A stretch of DNA of 64,000 nt. It comes from Octopus vulgaris. Its lineage: Eukaryota. Under the pieces are notes generated by a model. It did not search any database. It was not told where the DNA came from and saw only the letters and a list, made by a program, of their open reading frames with translations. Numbering within the stretch: position 1 is the first letter of the stretch; each line of letters begins with the position of its first letter. This document shows positions 14,019 to 27,788 of this stretch, piece after piece. Where the stretch lies: positions 3,224,001 through 3,288,000 of the forward strand of contig OX597829.1 in NCBI GenBank assembly GCA_951406725.2, read 5' to 3'. A program made the translations under genes and the position numbers.

Positions 14019-17000
14019 TATATACATACATATATATATATATATACATGTACACATATATATATATATACATAAACGCATATGCACATATATATACTTA
14101 TTCCTATTCACACACACACACCTTACAGATCTAAGCATTATTAGTCTTGTTTTTTATGCTGTCTTCTATCTCAGTCAACTGTTGGAAATGGTTTCTCCTC
14201 TCTCCCCATGCACCCCCCTCTCCACCTTCTTAGCACTACCATTACATCCCCTTAAAACTGTAATGAACTCAACCAAAGATCAATGAAGTTCTCCGTTTTA
14301 GAAAAATCGACAATTTTTTTCCTCCTTTTTTTTTTGCTATATTATTGTCCTCTTTTTAAGTTTATTTTTATTTTTTTTTGCCTAATGTTAGTATAAAGAA
14401 ATAAAATCAAAAATGGTCGTTATTTGTTTTAAAACGTAACATGAAAGGAAATAAGTAGTTTTTGGCTTAAAGACAAGACCATTAATTCTGAGAGAGGAGA
14501 GGGTTAGTCGATGCCATTGGTCCCAGTATTTAACTGGTATTATATTTTATCAACCACAAAAGGATGACCAAAGTGGAATTTGAACTCAGAACATAAAGAG
14601 TTGAAACATATTCCGCAAGGCATTTTCTCCATGCTCTGACAATTTTTCCAGCTCAGTACCTTAATAATCCTTTCTACTAAAGTCGCAAGGCCTGAAATTT
14701 ATCGGGAGAAGACTAGTCGTATTACATCAACCCCAGCGCATAACTGGTACTTAATTTATCGACCCTGAAATGATGAAAGGCAAAGTCGACCTCGGCGGAA
14801 TTTGAACTCAGAACGAAGCGACAGGTAAAATGCTGCCAAACATTTTGCCCCGCATGCTAACAATCCTGGCAGCTCACCGCCTGATCAACACCTTGATAAT
14901 AACAATAATAATCATAATAATAATGGTTTCAAATTTTGACACAAGGCCAGTAATTTTGGGGCAGGGGATAAATCAATCTGTCATAATCAACCACCTGTAC
15001 TCAATGGGTAATTATTTTACCAACCCTGGAAGGATAAAAGGCAAAGTTGACCCCAGTGGAATTTTAACTCAGAATGTGAAGACAGACAAAATCCTTAGCA
15101 GCATTTTGCTTGGCATGCTAATGATTCCACCAGCTTATTAATAATAATAATGGTAATCATCATCATCATCATCATCATCGTTTAACATCCGCTTTCCATG
15201 CTAGCATGGGTTGGACGAATGACTGAGGGCTGGCGAACCAGATGTCTGCACCAGACTCCAGTCTTGATCTGGCAGAGTTTCTACAGCTGGATGCCCTTCC
15301 TAATGCCAACCACTCTGAGAGTGTAGTGGGTGCTTTTACGCGCCACCAGCACGGGGCCAGTCAGGTGGTACTGGCAATGACCTCACTCAAATCTTTTGCA
15401 CATGCCACTGGCACAGGTGCCAGTAAGGCGATGCTGGTAACAATCACGCTCGAATGGTGTCTTTTACATGCCACCGGCACGGAGGCCAGTTAGCCGCTCT
15501 GGCAACGATCACGCTCGGATGGTGCTCTTAATACCCTACTTGCATGGGGCTCAAGTGCCAGTAATGGTTTCAAATTTTTCCAGAAGGTCAGAAATTTTGG
15601 GGGGAGGGGATGAGTCAATTACATCGACCCCAGTGTTCAACTTATTGTAATGACCCTGAAAGGATGAAAGGCAAAGTCAACCTCAGAACGTGAAGACAGA
15701 TGAAACGTCACAAAGCATTTTGCCCAGCCTGTTAATGATTCTGCTGCCATCGATAATGGTTTCAAATTTTCACACAATTTTTGCATTGGGTAAGGGGTGG
15801 GGGGATCTAATCAAATACATTGCCCCCCCCCCCCCGCCCAGTGCTCAATTTGTACTTATTTTATTGACCCCAGAAAGGATGAAAGACAAAGCCAGCCTCA
15901 GTAGAATTTGAACTTAGAATGTAAAGACATCAGAAATGTGGCTGAGCATTTTGTCTGGTGTGCAAACAATTCTAGCAAAATGCTAAAAAGGAATCATGAA
16001 GACAATTCCAGTCCATGTCTGCAAGGAACGTGGAAGTAGAATGATGATGGTGATGGTGATGGTGATTGTAGTCGTCATCATCCACTATCATCATTGTTGT
16101 GACACTGGGGTGCATTGTCATCATTGCCATCTGTTATGACTGTTGTCATGGTGATGATGATAATGATGATGATGATGATGGGGTGGTGATGGGGAGGGCA
16201 GCAGTAGCGGTGGTGGTGGTAGTGGCGGTGGTGATGGTGGTGGTGGCAGTGGTTTGTCCCACGTCTTCCTGGCTTGACCCCTTCCACAGGCTCCCTCCAC
16301 AATTAGGGCTCGGCACTTCTTTATGCAGCTCTCCTCAATCGTACGCATCACATGACCAAACCAGCAGAAACTATAATGTTTTGATGATTGATAATTTCTT
16401 TTCACAAATGGCTAATTGCTGAATTTTTAACGACCCTCTTGAAACATAGGAAGCATTTTTTTCCCTTCCTATAGAACTGTTAACTTCATCTCAAGGGGAG
16501 AGAGATCAAGCTGTAAAACCTAACACTTGTCACCATCATCATCATCGTCTTTTCTTGGGCATTACTGCCTCATGTCCTAGATTCACAAGGTCAGTTACTC
16601 AGTTTCCAGGGCATATTAAGTGACCAAGATCACAACATTTGCCCCTGGATGGGATGCCAGTCTGTCACAGTCTCTTACTCATTTCTACAGCTGAGTGAAC
16701 CGGAGCAGCAGGAAGTAAAGTGTTTTGCTCAAGAACACATCACATCACCTTGTGTGTGATTTGAAACAATGACCTCGTGATTGTGAGTACAAAACCCTAA
16801 CCACCAGGCCACATGACATCATTTTATTCCCGATTTGTTTTCAGGTAAGAAGTAACCAATGACTTAAATGGGAATTGATTAGGGAGAAGTTTTTTATAGT
16901 CAGGTGCCCTTTCAGCCACCAATAATCCTTATCTGTTTTTTTGTTTTTTTTTTGGGGGGGGGGGGTTCCAGTTAGGGGCTTTTTATATTCTACAAGTCTT

Positions 17001-17447
17001 TAAAAGTGCAGAGAAAGTCTTTAAAAGTGCAGAGAAATCTGTCATAATATCAACAGAGAATGACATCAATACCTATTTGTTTACTACCCACAAGGGGCTA
17101 AACACAGAGAGAACAAACAAGGACAGACAAAGGGATTAAGTCGATCACATCGACCCCAGTGTGTAACTGGTACTTATTTAATCGACCCCGAAAGGATGAA
17201 AGGCAAAGTCGACCTTGGCGGAATTTGAACTCAGAACGTAGCAACGGGTGAAATACCACTAAGTATTTCGCCCGGCATGCTAACAATTCTGCCAGCTCGC
17301 CGCCTAAGGGTTAGGGTTAACCATAACCCTAACCCTTATGACATCAGTACCACTTCACTAACATGGTAACAAGCAAAATATGAATATTCATGTACCATAC
17401 CAGCATGAAGAACAGAGGTTAAATGATAATGATAATGATGATGATTG

Positions 17448-17448
<1 letters not shown>

Positions 17449-17492
<44 letters not shown>

Positions 17493-17743
17493 TGCACATA
17501 CATGCACACATGCACATATATACACACATGTATATACATATACATGCATACATACACACATACACACACACTCACATACACATGCATTTTTACATATACA
17601 TACTCACTCACACATATGCATACACACATGCGCACACACATATATACATATACATGCATACATACATACACTCACATACACATGCATTTATACATATTCA
17701 TACTCACTCACATGCATGCATGTGCACACACACACACACACAC

Positions 17744-17812
<69 letters not shown>
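17449..17812. repeat. (CA)n/(CATA)n microsatellite
   Basis: Direct reading. Confidence 0.95.
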
Positions 17813-17815
<3 letters not shown>

Positions 17816-20152
17816 CATTTATCACATCATCGTCATCGTCATCATTTGTTTTCAATACTGTTATTCATTGCACATTTAGAAAGGTCTTATTGTATCCGCA
17901 GCATCATTTAACATCCATCATATTCCATTCTGGCCGTGGTCGGATACTTTCATAGGGTCTGGCACACCAGAGAGCTGCACCGGGCACTGAAAGGATGAAA
18001 GGCAAAGTCATCCTCAGTGGAATTTGAACTCAGAACATAAAGACAGACGAAATACCTATTTCTTTCCTACCCACAAGAGGCCAAACACAGAGGGGACAAA
18101 GAAGGACAGACAAACGGATTAAGTCGATTACATCGACCCCAGTGCATAACTGGTACTTAATTTATCGACCCCGAAAGGATGAAAGGCAAAGTCAACCTCG
18201 GCGGAATTTGAACTCAGAACGTAACCGCAGACGAAATACCACTAAGCATTTCGCCCAGCGAGCTACAATTCTGCCAGCTCACTGCCTTAGCTGGGATAAA
18301 TAATAGCAGAAGGCATTTTTTTTTATGCTCTTATGACTCAGATTGTTCACCACTCTCAATCACCCTCTCTACTTTCTAATAAGAGTGCATCTGATCCCTC
18401 AATTACACACCCACACACACCCTGTCATCTTCAAACAGGAAAGATACCCTGGAAAATACAGTCACAAATATATATCAAAAAAAAGCTTGATAATTGTGAG
18501 TGGAATGCCTCTGATTTTGTTTTCTTTCTTTTTGGGGGGTGGGCATGGTAGGTTTGAGGTATGAGTTTTGTATGTCATGTGATGCTGGTGAGATTCATCA
18601 CCATCAACATCATCATCAACATCATCATTTTATGTCCATTTTTCCATACTTTCATGTGCTCAGACAGAATTCCTTCTGGCAGATTTTCAACAGCTGGATG
18701 CCCTTCCTGTTGCCAACCCTTATCTATTTCCAAGTAAGATAGTATTTCCCCATGGTCAGACATGTTTGCATGAAAGATTAGAAATCAAGGACACATGTTG
18801 TATGACAGTGACATGCATTTTTGCAACCATCACATGATGTCAAGATAAAGCAGACACAAACAGTCACACACACATAAATACATGTGTGTATGTGCATGTG
18901 TGTGTGTGTGTGCATGTGCTTTTTACAGTTTTGGTCAACCAAATCCACAGGTTTTGGTCAATGTGGAGCTATAGCAGAAGACACCAAAGGTGCACCATAG
19001 ACTAAAGTTGAACCCAAATACCTATTTCTTTACTACCCACAAGGGGCTAAACACAGAGGGGACAAACAAGGACAGATAAACGGATTAAGTGGATTATATT
19101 GACTCCAGTGCGTAACTGGTATTTATTTAATCAACCCCGAAAGGATGAAAGGCAAAATCGACCTAGGCGGAATTTGAACTCAGAAAGTAACGGCAGACGA
19201 AATACTGCTAAGCATTTCGCCCGGCGTGCTAACGTTTCTGCCAGCTCACTGCCTATTTGAACCCAAATACCCTGTAATTGGGACACAGCCATACCAGTGG
19301 CTGATGTTCTTCTTGAATAAATGAGGGTGGACAGTTTCTATGAAAGGCAAAGAATTTCAGTGGGATGGCACTCTGGAAAGAAAGTACTGAGAGAAATGTT
19401 TGTATAGAACCTATAGGACAGGAGTGGGACGAGAATCAAAATATGAGGGAATGAAAGAAGGGAAGGAGACGTGTGAGTTGGGGGTGCTTGAGCAGGAGTA
19501 ACACGTATCCTTGGTTAAGGTAGATTTTGTAGTAAACGAGGACCATCTACTTTTACTGAATGTATTATGAGCTTAAAACATTAATTGGAAATTATCAACT
19601 GTGATTTGTGGTTCTGTTTCTATGTGTTTCTTGTAATTATATTCAAAAATAATTCACCGTATGGCCGCAAAGTAAATTGAATGATTGAATTCACATAGAA
19701 TTCAATGAAGCGTGAAATGTCTGAACAAATGAGAATAATTTAATTAGTATGTTCAGAACTTTCATTAAATTATGTCAAAGCTGTCATTATCTTCTTCTCT
19801 TTCTCTGAAACCAGATATTCATCTCTTTCTTCTTTAATTTGTCTGCATCGTTAATTCATCAGAAATGCTAACATTTGCTGGGATGGTTGCGCCTTCAGAT
19901 TTTTTTTTTTTTTGGTAAAATTTACAGCAAGAATATAAAATGGGAAATGCTACAAAAAAACAACTGCCATTATCTTTGGTATTCAGCTTTGTATATTCGA
20001 AATGTCAAAATAGATGAAGTAAAAAAGCATCTCAGAGATTTTGATATGTTTAAGAATTAGAGATGAAAGTTATGTTGTAGTAGCAACAAGAATATTAGCA
20101 ACAAAACTAAAAAACCAGCTCATACTGGTGATTCATCAGAAGGGTGTATATA

Positions 20153-20567
20153 GGCGGCGAGCTGGCAGAAACGTTAGCACGCCGGGCGAAATGCTTAGCG
20201 GTATTTCGTCTGCCATTATGTTCTGAGTTCAAATTCCGTCACGGTTGACTTTGCCTTTCATCCTTTTGGGGTCGAAATATTAAGTACCAGTTACACACTG
20301 GGGTCGATGGAATCGACTTAATCCATCTGTCTGTCCTTGTTTGTCCCCTCTATGTTTAGCCCCTTGAGGGTAATAAAGGAATAGGTATTTCGTCTGCAGT
20401 TACGTTCTGAGTTCAAATTCCACCGATGTCGACTTTGCCTTTCATCCTTTCAGGGTCAATAAATTAAGTACCAGTTATGCACTGGGCTCGATGTAATCAA
20501 CTTAATCCCTTCGTCTGTCTTTGTTTGTCCCCTCTATGTTAAGCCCCTTATGGGCAATAAAGAAATA
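20153..20567 (+). mobile_element. Dimeric SINE family A
   Basis: A full monomer plus a 5'-truncated monomer joined at ggtatttcgtctgc; 15-bp TSD agaagggtgtatata at 20138-20152 / 20568-20582. Confidence 0.85.
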
Positions 20568-21484
20568 AGAAGGGTGTATATAATTATTTAGCATTCAAAT
20601 TATTCTGTCAAATGTAATGCTTATATATTCACATTATTTTGAATTAATCACGCATTATACTGAAGCTTCGAGATTTCACTGATGTGACTTTAGAATGACA
20701 AATATTGGGTAGGTTTGAGAGGCCAGGTTTTGCCAGTTTGAAAGTAAAACACGAAGAATATTTGTGTCAGATATGGCTGGTTTAAATACTAAAGAATAAA
20801 ACGTTTGTATACATTTATACAGTAATTGCTAGTAGCAACATTGGGTTTCGTTTTAGAACCATAATATAGAACCAAGTATATTAAAGGTTTATAAGTCAAT
20901 ACTCTGGTGCTGAAGAAGGTGCAATAATTCCTGGAATATACATATACACCATCCGAGCATGATCGTTGCCCACCATCCGAGTGTGATCGTTGCCAGTGGC
21001 ACGTAAAAGGGCACCATTCGAGCGTGATTGTTACCAATGTTGCCTTACTGGCACCTGTGCTGGTGGCATGTGTAAAAAGATTCGAGTGAGGTCGTTGCCA
21101 GTACCACCTGACTGGCCCCGTGCCGGTGGCATGTAAAAAGCACCCACTACACTCTCAGAGTGGTTGGCGTTAGGAAGGGCATCCAGCTGTAGAAACTCTG
21201 CCAGATCAAGATTGGAGCCTGGTGCAGCCATCTGGTTTGCCAGTCAAAATCGTCCAACCCATGCTAGCATGGAAAGCAGCAGTTAAACGATGATGATGAC
21301 CCATCACCCATTTTTCTATCTTTGCTTACATTGTTTACATAGACGTATTCAAAAATGAAACATAACTTTCAGTGCTGGCTCTAAATTTTATGGAAAATCT
21401 GTAGAGATAAATTTGAAAACATTTATATATATACATATACAAATGTGTGTGTGTGTGCGTGTGGGGGGGCGTGGGGGTGAGATG

Positions 21485-21803
21485 AGCCCTTCTTCAGTCA
21501 TAAATGGCCATGGGATTGTACCTAGAAAATTACTCTCCAAGACGCAAGTCCAAGCAAAGTTTATGGAAGACCAGCAGTCACCTATGCATACCATGCTGCC
21601 GATGTTATCCAAGGGAAAGACAAAGGCTGATGCAGTTTGGCACCAGTGACATCGCAACTCATTTCTACAGATGGAATGAACTGGAGCAACGTGAAATAAA
21701 GTGCCTTGCTCAAGAACACAACACGCAGCCCAGTCCAGGAACCAGCCCCACTGCCTCATGATTGTGAGCCCGATACTTTAACCACTGAGCCATGCACCTT
21801 CAC
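21485..21803 (-). mobile_element. tRNA-derived SINE family E (CORE-like cttgagcaaggcactttatttc)
   Basis: Minus-strand head gtgaaggtgcatggctcagtggtt. Related copies at 40705-41022(-), 12417-12645(+) and 16675-16815(-). Confidence 0.75.
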
Positions 21804-22735
21804 ATATTGGTATATTATAGGCAGTGCATCAGTCTCATAATATATATATATATACATACACACACATATATATATGTATATATATGTGTGTGTGGTGTAC
21901 CATCCTGACCGTGGCCGTTTGCCAGACTTGTCTGGCACCTGTGCAGGTGGCACGTAAAAAGCACCCACTACACTCATGGAGTGGTTGGCGTTAGGAAGGG
22001 CATCCAGCCGTAGAAACATTGCCAGATCAGAGTGTGTGTGTCTTTGTGTCTGTATTTTCTCCCCCACTACCACCACCACCACTCAACAACCAGTGCTGGT
22101 GTGTTTACATCCCTGTAACTTAGCAGTTTGGTAAAAGACTCTGATAGAATAAGTACTAGGCTTACGAAGAATAAGTCCTGGGGTCAATTTGTTTGACTAA
22201 AAAACCCTTTAAGGCAGTGCTCCAGCATGGCTGCAGTCAAATGACTGAAACAAGTAAAAGATAAAAGATTATCCTTTAATCTGTTTCCCATGCTGGCATG
22301 GGTGGTAACCAGTGTTATTTACATTATGTCCTTATAATAGACATGACAGGCTTCTCTCTGTTTCCATCAACCAAATTCATTCACAAGGTTTTGGTCAGTT
22401 AACCTGGATACTCTTACCCAAAGTGCCATGTAATGGGACTGAACTTGAAGCCATGAGGTTGGTAAGAAACTTCTTAACCATACACCCATGCCTGAACTTC
22501 ACAAGACAACTTAATAGAATGGTAACTCTGAATTTAAAAAAACTGGTACAGAACAGAAAGGAATATCTGGGGCAACCATAGAAAGCTCTTCTAGTATGAG
22601 TGGTATTTAATAATTAGGATAATCAGTGAGGCGGCAAGCTGGCAGAATCGTTGACACACTGAGAAAAATACTTAGTGGCATTTCGTCAATCTTTGATTTG
22701 AGTTCAAATTCCACCAAGATTGACTTTGTGTTTGA

Positions 22736-23145
22736 GGATCTTTTCGGTTTGAACGGCAATTTTTTCTAGTGGTGTCATATGAAATTGTCACCCATAATTA
22801 TGACCCTAGTATCGATCTATAGCATTTCAATCTGTTTTAGGGTTAGGGGTGGGGGAAGGGTATCTTTTTTTCTTCAGAAACATAAATAAACTCAATCTGT
22901 TTCTTAAACGAGGGACATATTCATACGGCACAGAATGTTTTCACCTCAATAGACATCATTGATTGGTTGAAATTGCAGAAATTGAAGAAAAAAAACAACA
23001 AATATCTTACAAACTATAGAATTTTCTGAATAAAGCCAAGAGAAAAAGATGTTTTATAAACACATTCTACCAGTATACAAAGTTTAAAAGTGTTTAGTTA
23101 TGTGAAAATTATTTTAAAAAACTGCCGTTCAAACTGAAAAGATCC
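22736..23145. mobile_element. Merlin-like MITE copy 1 (inserted in a SINE)
   Basis: TIR ggatcttttcggtttgaacggca; flanks gtgtttga/gtctttga (8-bp TSD, 1 mismatch). Confidence 0.85.
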
Positions 23146-23962
23146 GTCTTTGATCCTCTCAGAGTCAATAAAATAGGTACCAGTGGAGCAGTGGAGTTGA
23201 TGTAATTGACTTAACCCTTCCTTCAAAATTGCTGACCTTGTGCCAAAATTTGAAACCAGTTTTATAATCAGTTCATGGGGTAAAGTGGATGAGATGCTTC
23301 TATACCTGACCCAAGCAAGAATTGAACAAAAAAAGTTGAAAAAAGGAAAGGAGGATCACAAATGTTTATTATCTCATGTCATCATTATCATCATCATCAT
23401 CATCATCATCATTGTTTAACATTCGTTGTTCGTAGAGACATCGGTTGGACGGCTTGATTGAGGTTGGCAATCTGGAAGGCTGCACCAGGCTCCAATTTGA
23501 TCTGGCATGGTTTCTACGGCTGGATGCCCTTCCTGATGCCAACCATTCTGAGACTGTAATGGGTGCTTTTTATGTGCCACCAGCAAAGGTGCCATTTGCA
23601 TGACACCAGTATCTGGCACGACTGCAATTTTGCCCAGTGAAGAGATAGATGAAAGAAACACCAAACAAGAAGAATTCATCAAGAAAAAGTAAGTACTTGT
23701 GATTCAACAAAAATCTCATAAAAATATAGGGAGATTTTCTGTCCATGATACTCCAAGTGTTGTATAAATGATTAATGGGGTGGAAAAAGAAAGTAAAAGA
23801 AAAGGGCAGACAACATTAGCTGCATTGACCCTTTAAAGCGTCAATATTTACAACTAAATTTTTTTTTCTTAATGGGGGGGAAATGAATACTTTATTTGTA
23901 ATCTTTATCATCTTAATCAAATAGCAGGGAAACAAACTTTGAATTTTATTATAGTATAGTAT

Positions 23963-24368
23963 AGGCGCAGGAGTGGCTGTGTGGTAAGTAGCTTGCTTAC
24001 CAACCACATGGTTCCGGGTTCAGTCCCACTGCATGGCATCTTGGGCAAGTGTATTCTACTATAGCCCCGGGTCGACCAATGCCTTGTGAGTGGATTTGGT
24101 AGACGGAAACTGAAAGAAGCCTGTCGAATATGTATATATATATACCTATATATGTGTGTGTCTGTGTTTGTCCCCTTAGCATTGCTTGACAACCAATGCT
24201 GGTGTGTTTACGTCCCCGTCACTTAGCAGTTCAGCAAAAGAGACTGATAGAATAAGTACTGGGCTTACAAAGAATATGTCCCGGGGTCGATTTGCTCAAC
24301 TAAAGGTAGTGCTCCAGCATGGCCACAGTCAAATGACTGAAACAAGTAAAAGAGTAAAGAGTAAAGAA
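23963..24368 (+). mobile_element. SINE family C, full length
   Basis: Head ggcgcaggagtggctgtgtggtaag, B-box-like gggttcagtccc, tail gtaaaagagtaaagagtaaag. Confidence 0.85.
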
Positions 24369-24524
24369 ATCCCATAAAACTCAAAAATTTAGTTAAAAAT
24401 GGGGAAGAGAAGATGTTAAAATATATCGGAGAATATTAATTCACAGACAATAGAGATATAAAAATCGTGCAATTTCATGGTTGAATTGAAGTAAATTAAA
24501 TTAATTAAATTATATATCAATCTG

Positions 24525-25486
24525 CTGGATGTGTAATGTCAGTGTGCACACACAACAGAGTGTAAGCGCCCTGAGAGAAATGCCGGACATAAGAAGCATC
24601 AGATGTGGTGTGCAAGAGAGACATTTGCACTGGTATGGTCATATACTGTGGATGGATGAGGAGATGTGTGAAGAAGTGTCATTCCCAGACAGTTAAAGGT
24701 ATCCGGGGTAGAGGTAGACCCAAGAAGACATGGGATGAGGTAGTCAAGCATGACCTTCGAACATTGGGCTTCATAGAGGCAATGACGAAAGACCGAGATC
24801 TCTAGAAATATGCTGTGACTGCAAAGACCCGACAATAATGTGAGTTCATGGCTGCTTCCTGCACCAGTTTCGCATAGCCCCAGCCCATCTAAAGTACCTT
24901 GGATCGTAGGCTGATCTGCTGTGCTTGAGACCTATTGAGTCAAGTACAATCAACATCAATATAAATATCAAATGGAAATTGTAGTTGTGATACCTGTGCC
25001 AGCGACATGTAAAATGCACCATCCAAACGTGGCCGATGCCAGCGCCGCCTTGACTGGCTTCTGTGCAGGTGGCACATGACCTGCTGTGCTTGAGGAGACC
25101 TATTGAGTCAAGTATATCAACATCAAAATAAATATCAAATGGAAATTGTAGTTGTGATACCTGTGCCAGTGGCACGTAAAAAGCACCATCCAAACATGGC
25201 CGATGCCGGCACTGCTTTGACTGGCTTCTGTGCCGGTGACATGTAAAAAGCACCAACTGATCGTGGCCGCTGCCAGCCTCCCCTGGGACCTGTGCTGGTG
25301 GCATATAAAAAGCACCCACTACACTTATGGAGTGGTTGGCGTTAGGAAGGGCATCCACTTGTAGAAACACTGCCAGATCAGACCGGAGCCTGGTGCAGCC
25401 TCCTGGCTTCCCAGAACCCAGTTAAACCATCCAACCCGTGCTAGCATGGAAAACGGACGTTAAACAATGATGATGATGATGATGAT
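24525..25486 (+). mobile_element. RTE LINE 3' end: ORF C-terminus, modular 3' UTR and (GAT)n tail
   Basis: [29 protein letters not shown] runs into the aaaaagcacccactacac...ccatgctagcatgg...gatgatgat module. About 25 truncated copies of this 3' end occur, e.g. 6412-6660, 9551-9785, 11986-12181, 15157-15560, 20947-21299, 28015-28256, 34175-34450, 37572-37922, 39627-40095, 49630-50576, 51780-52452, 52677-52979, 53596-54030, 58338-58651, 59504-59868, 61131-61336. Confidence 0.85.
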
Positions 25487-25729
25487 CAATGTATTCTTCA
25501 GTGCAAAAAGTATAAACAAAATTTTTACAAAGGATTTGAGAAAGGAAATAGTAGAATAGAATCTAAGAGGCTCATATTTACCTTTATGAGAAATAAAGAT
25601 ATGTGGCTGCAGTTAGGTAATAACTATAACCCCAAATTAAACGACGAATCTAAATTCAATCTTTTTACACCAATATAGATATATATGTTGTTTTGTATTT
25701 GGTTTGCAAGATTCTTTATGTTAATTCGT

Positions 25730-25905
25730 ATTGTGTCTGGGGAAAGTCATTCTGCTTCAATGCCTCATTAACACAGTCACTGGTTCAATTTCCACTCATT
25801 TACTTATTTATTTTCCATGTATTCCAAAAATAAATAAATAATGAGTGGAGATTGAACCAGTGAGTGTGTTAGATATTAAGGCAGTATGACTCTCCCCAGA
25901 CACAA
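25730..25905. repeat. Short fold-back element with ttgtgtctggggagagtca termini
   Basis: Arms ttgtgtctggggaaagtca...ttccactcatttacttatttatttt / aaaataaataaataatgagtggag...tgactctccccagacacaa. Confidence 0.85.
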
Positions 25906-26176
25906 AATATATATTTAGGTGTGTGACCCTTTTGTCCAAGTTAGTCGCCATGATAGATCGTTAGCCACTACACACATTTTTTTCTCTCCTTGTTTTTTCT
26001 GTGTCCCTTTCTGTAGAAGAGCATAGGCTCGAAATGTAAAAGACTTTTTCTATTCCTGAGCGTTATACTAATACATCTATTTGTTTTGTACACCACCTGT
26101 CTTTGTCTTTTGTTTCTTTCGTAAACTCCCCCTATATGTATATATATGTATGTATTTATGTACTGAAGCCTATTTC

Positions 26177-27500
26177 ATTGTGTCTGGAGAGAGTCGTTTA
26201 ATGCTTTAATGCCTTATTTAATTAACAAACTCATCAGTTCGATTTTCACTCATTTACTTATTTTTTCTAAAAGATTTTTCATTGCTTCTTGCAACCTCTT
26301 CACTGGTTGTTAGCTCTGTCCATTATTGGAACTGCATTCTTTTTGTTTGTGCACATGTGTGCATCAGTGTCCATATGTATACACGTATGTATGTATGCGT
26401 GTGCATATATGTATGCGTGTGTATACGTTTGTCCATATGTATTCTGCATAGTCGTACGTTTGTGTGTTCGTGTTCGTGTTTGTGTGTACCTCTGTCTCCT
26501 TGTATGTGCATGTTTGAGTGTGTCTATATGTATGGATTTGTGTGACTGTGTACATGCGTCCGTTACGTGTGGGTGTGCCTCCGCGTGTCCTTGTGAGTGG
26601 AGTGTGCATAGTCATGGGTTTCTCACTCATTTTGTGTATGCATGTGTGTGTGTGTGTGTGTATGGTCATGTGTTTCCATCTCCTTTTGTGTATCTATGTG
26701 TGTGTATGTGTGTGCATATCTGTATTACCTATGCACCTGTGTATCTACTTATCTGTTTACCTACATATCCATTTACCTTCCTATATAAATATATATTCAC
26801 CTACATAACATCCTACTAACAAATCTACCTGTGTACATATAGACTGTGGGTATTGAGGTATCGCTACCTTCAACATGTATCTACATATAGAAGGTAGTGG
26901 TACCCCAATACCCACAGTTTATACATTGGTAGATTTGTTAGTAGGCTGCTCTGTAGGCAAGTATATATATATATTTATTTCTTTACTACCCACAAGGGGC
27001 TAAACACAGAGGGGACAAACAAATGGATTAAGTCGATTACATCGACCCCAATGCGCAACTGGTACTTAATTTATCAACCCCGAAAGGATGAAAGGCAATG
27101 TCGACCTCGGCGGAATTTGAACTCGGAACGTAATGACAGATGAAATACGGCTACGCATCTCGTCCAGCGTGCTAACGTTTCTGCCAGCTCACCGCCTTCT
27201 TATTGTCTGTATATTCACTCGCCACGAATATATATATATAGGTAAGTAAACGGATAGATAAATAGAAAGATAGGTACATAATTTGGACAGGCAAGTACAC
27301 ACAGCATACGCATACCAAAAGGAGATGGCAACTCATGACCATTTACACACACACAAGGACACATGGAGACACACATTCATGCATAATAGACGCACGTACA
27401 TAGTCACACAAGCCCATACAGACACATTTAAATATGCACATAGGAAACAGATGTACAAACACACAAACACATGAATATGCAGAATACAAACATACATAGA

Positions 27501-27534
<34 letters not shown>

Positions 27535-27751
27535 TACACACACACACATACATGCACATACATACACACACACAAACAAACAAAAAGAACGCAGCTCTGA
27601 TAACGTACTGAGTCAACAACTATTGAAGAGGTTGTAAGAAGCAAAGAAAATTTTAGGAAAAGAATCAAATCAAATAATTAAATGAGTGGAAATTGAACCA
27701 CTGAGTGTGTTAATTAATAAGGCAATAAACAGAATGACTCTCCCCAGACAC

Positions 27752-27753
<2 letters not shown>
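26177..27753. repeat. ~1.6-kb imperfect fold-back (inverted duplication), interrupted by a SINE at 26975-27197
   Basis: Same termini as 25730-25905. The central hairpin at 26812-26945 is cctactaacaaatctacc...ggtagatttgttagtagg, and the arms align across the TG/CA-rich interior. Confidence 0.8.

Positions 27754-27788
<35 letters not shown>

Noticed and set aside
19580-20110. Repeat-free AT-rich stretch as an exon or enhancer
   Set aside because: No credible ORF or splice pair; conservation cannot be judged from one sequence.
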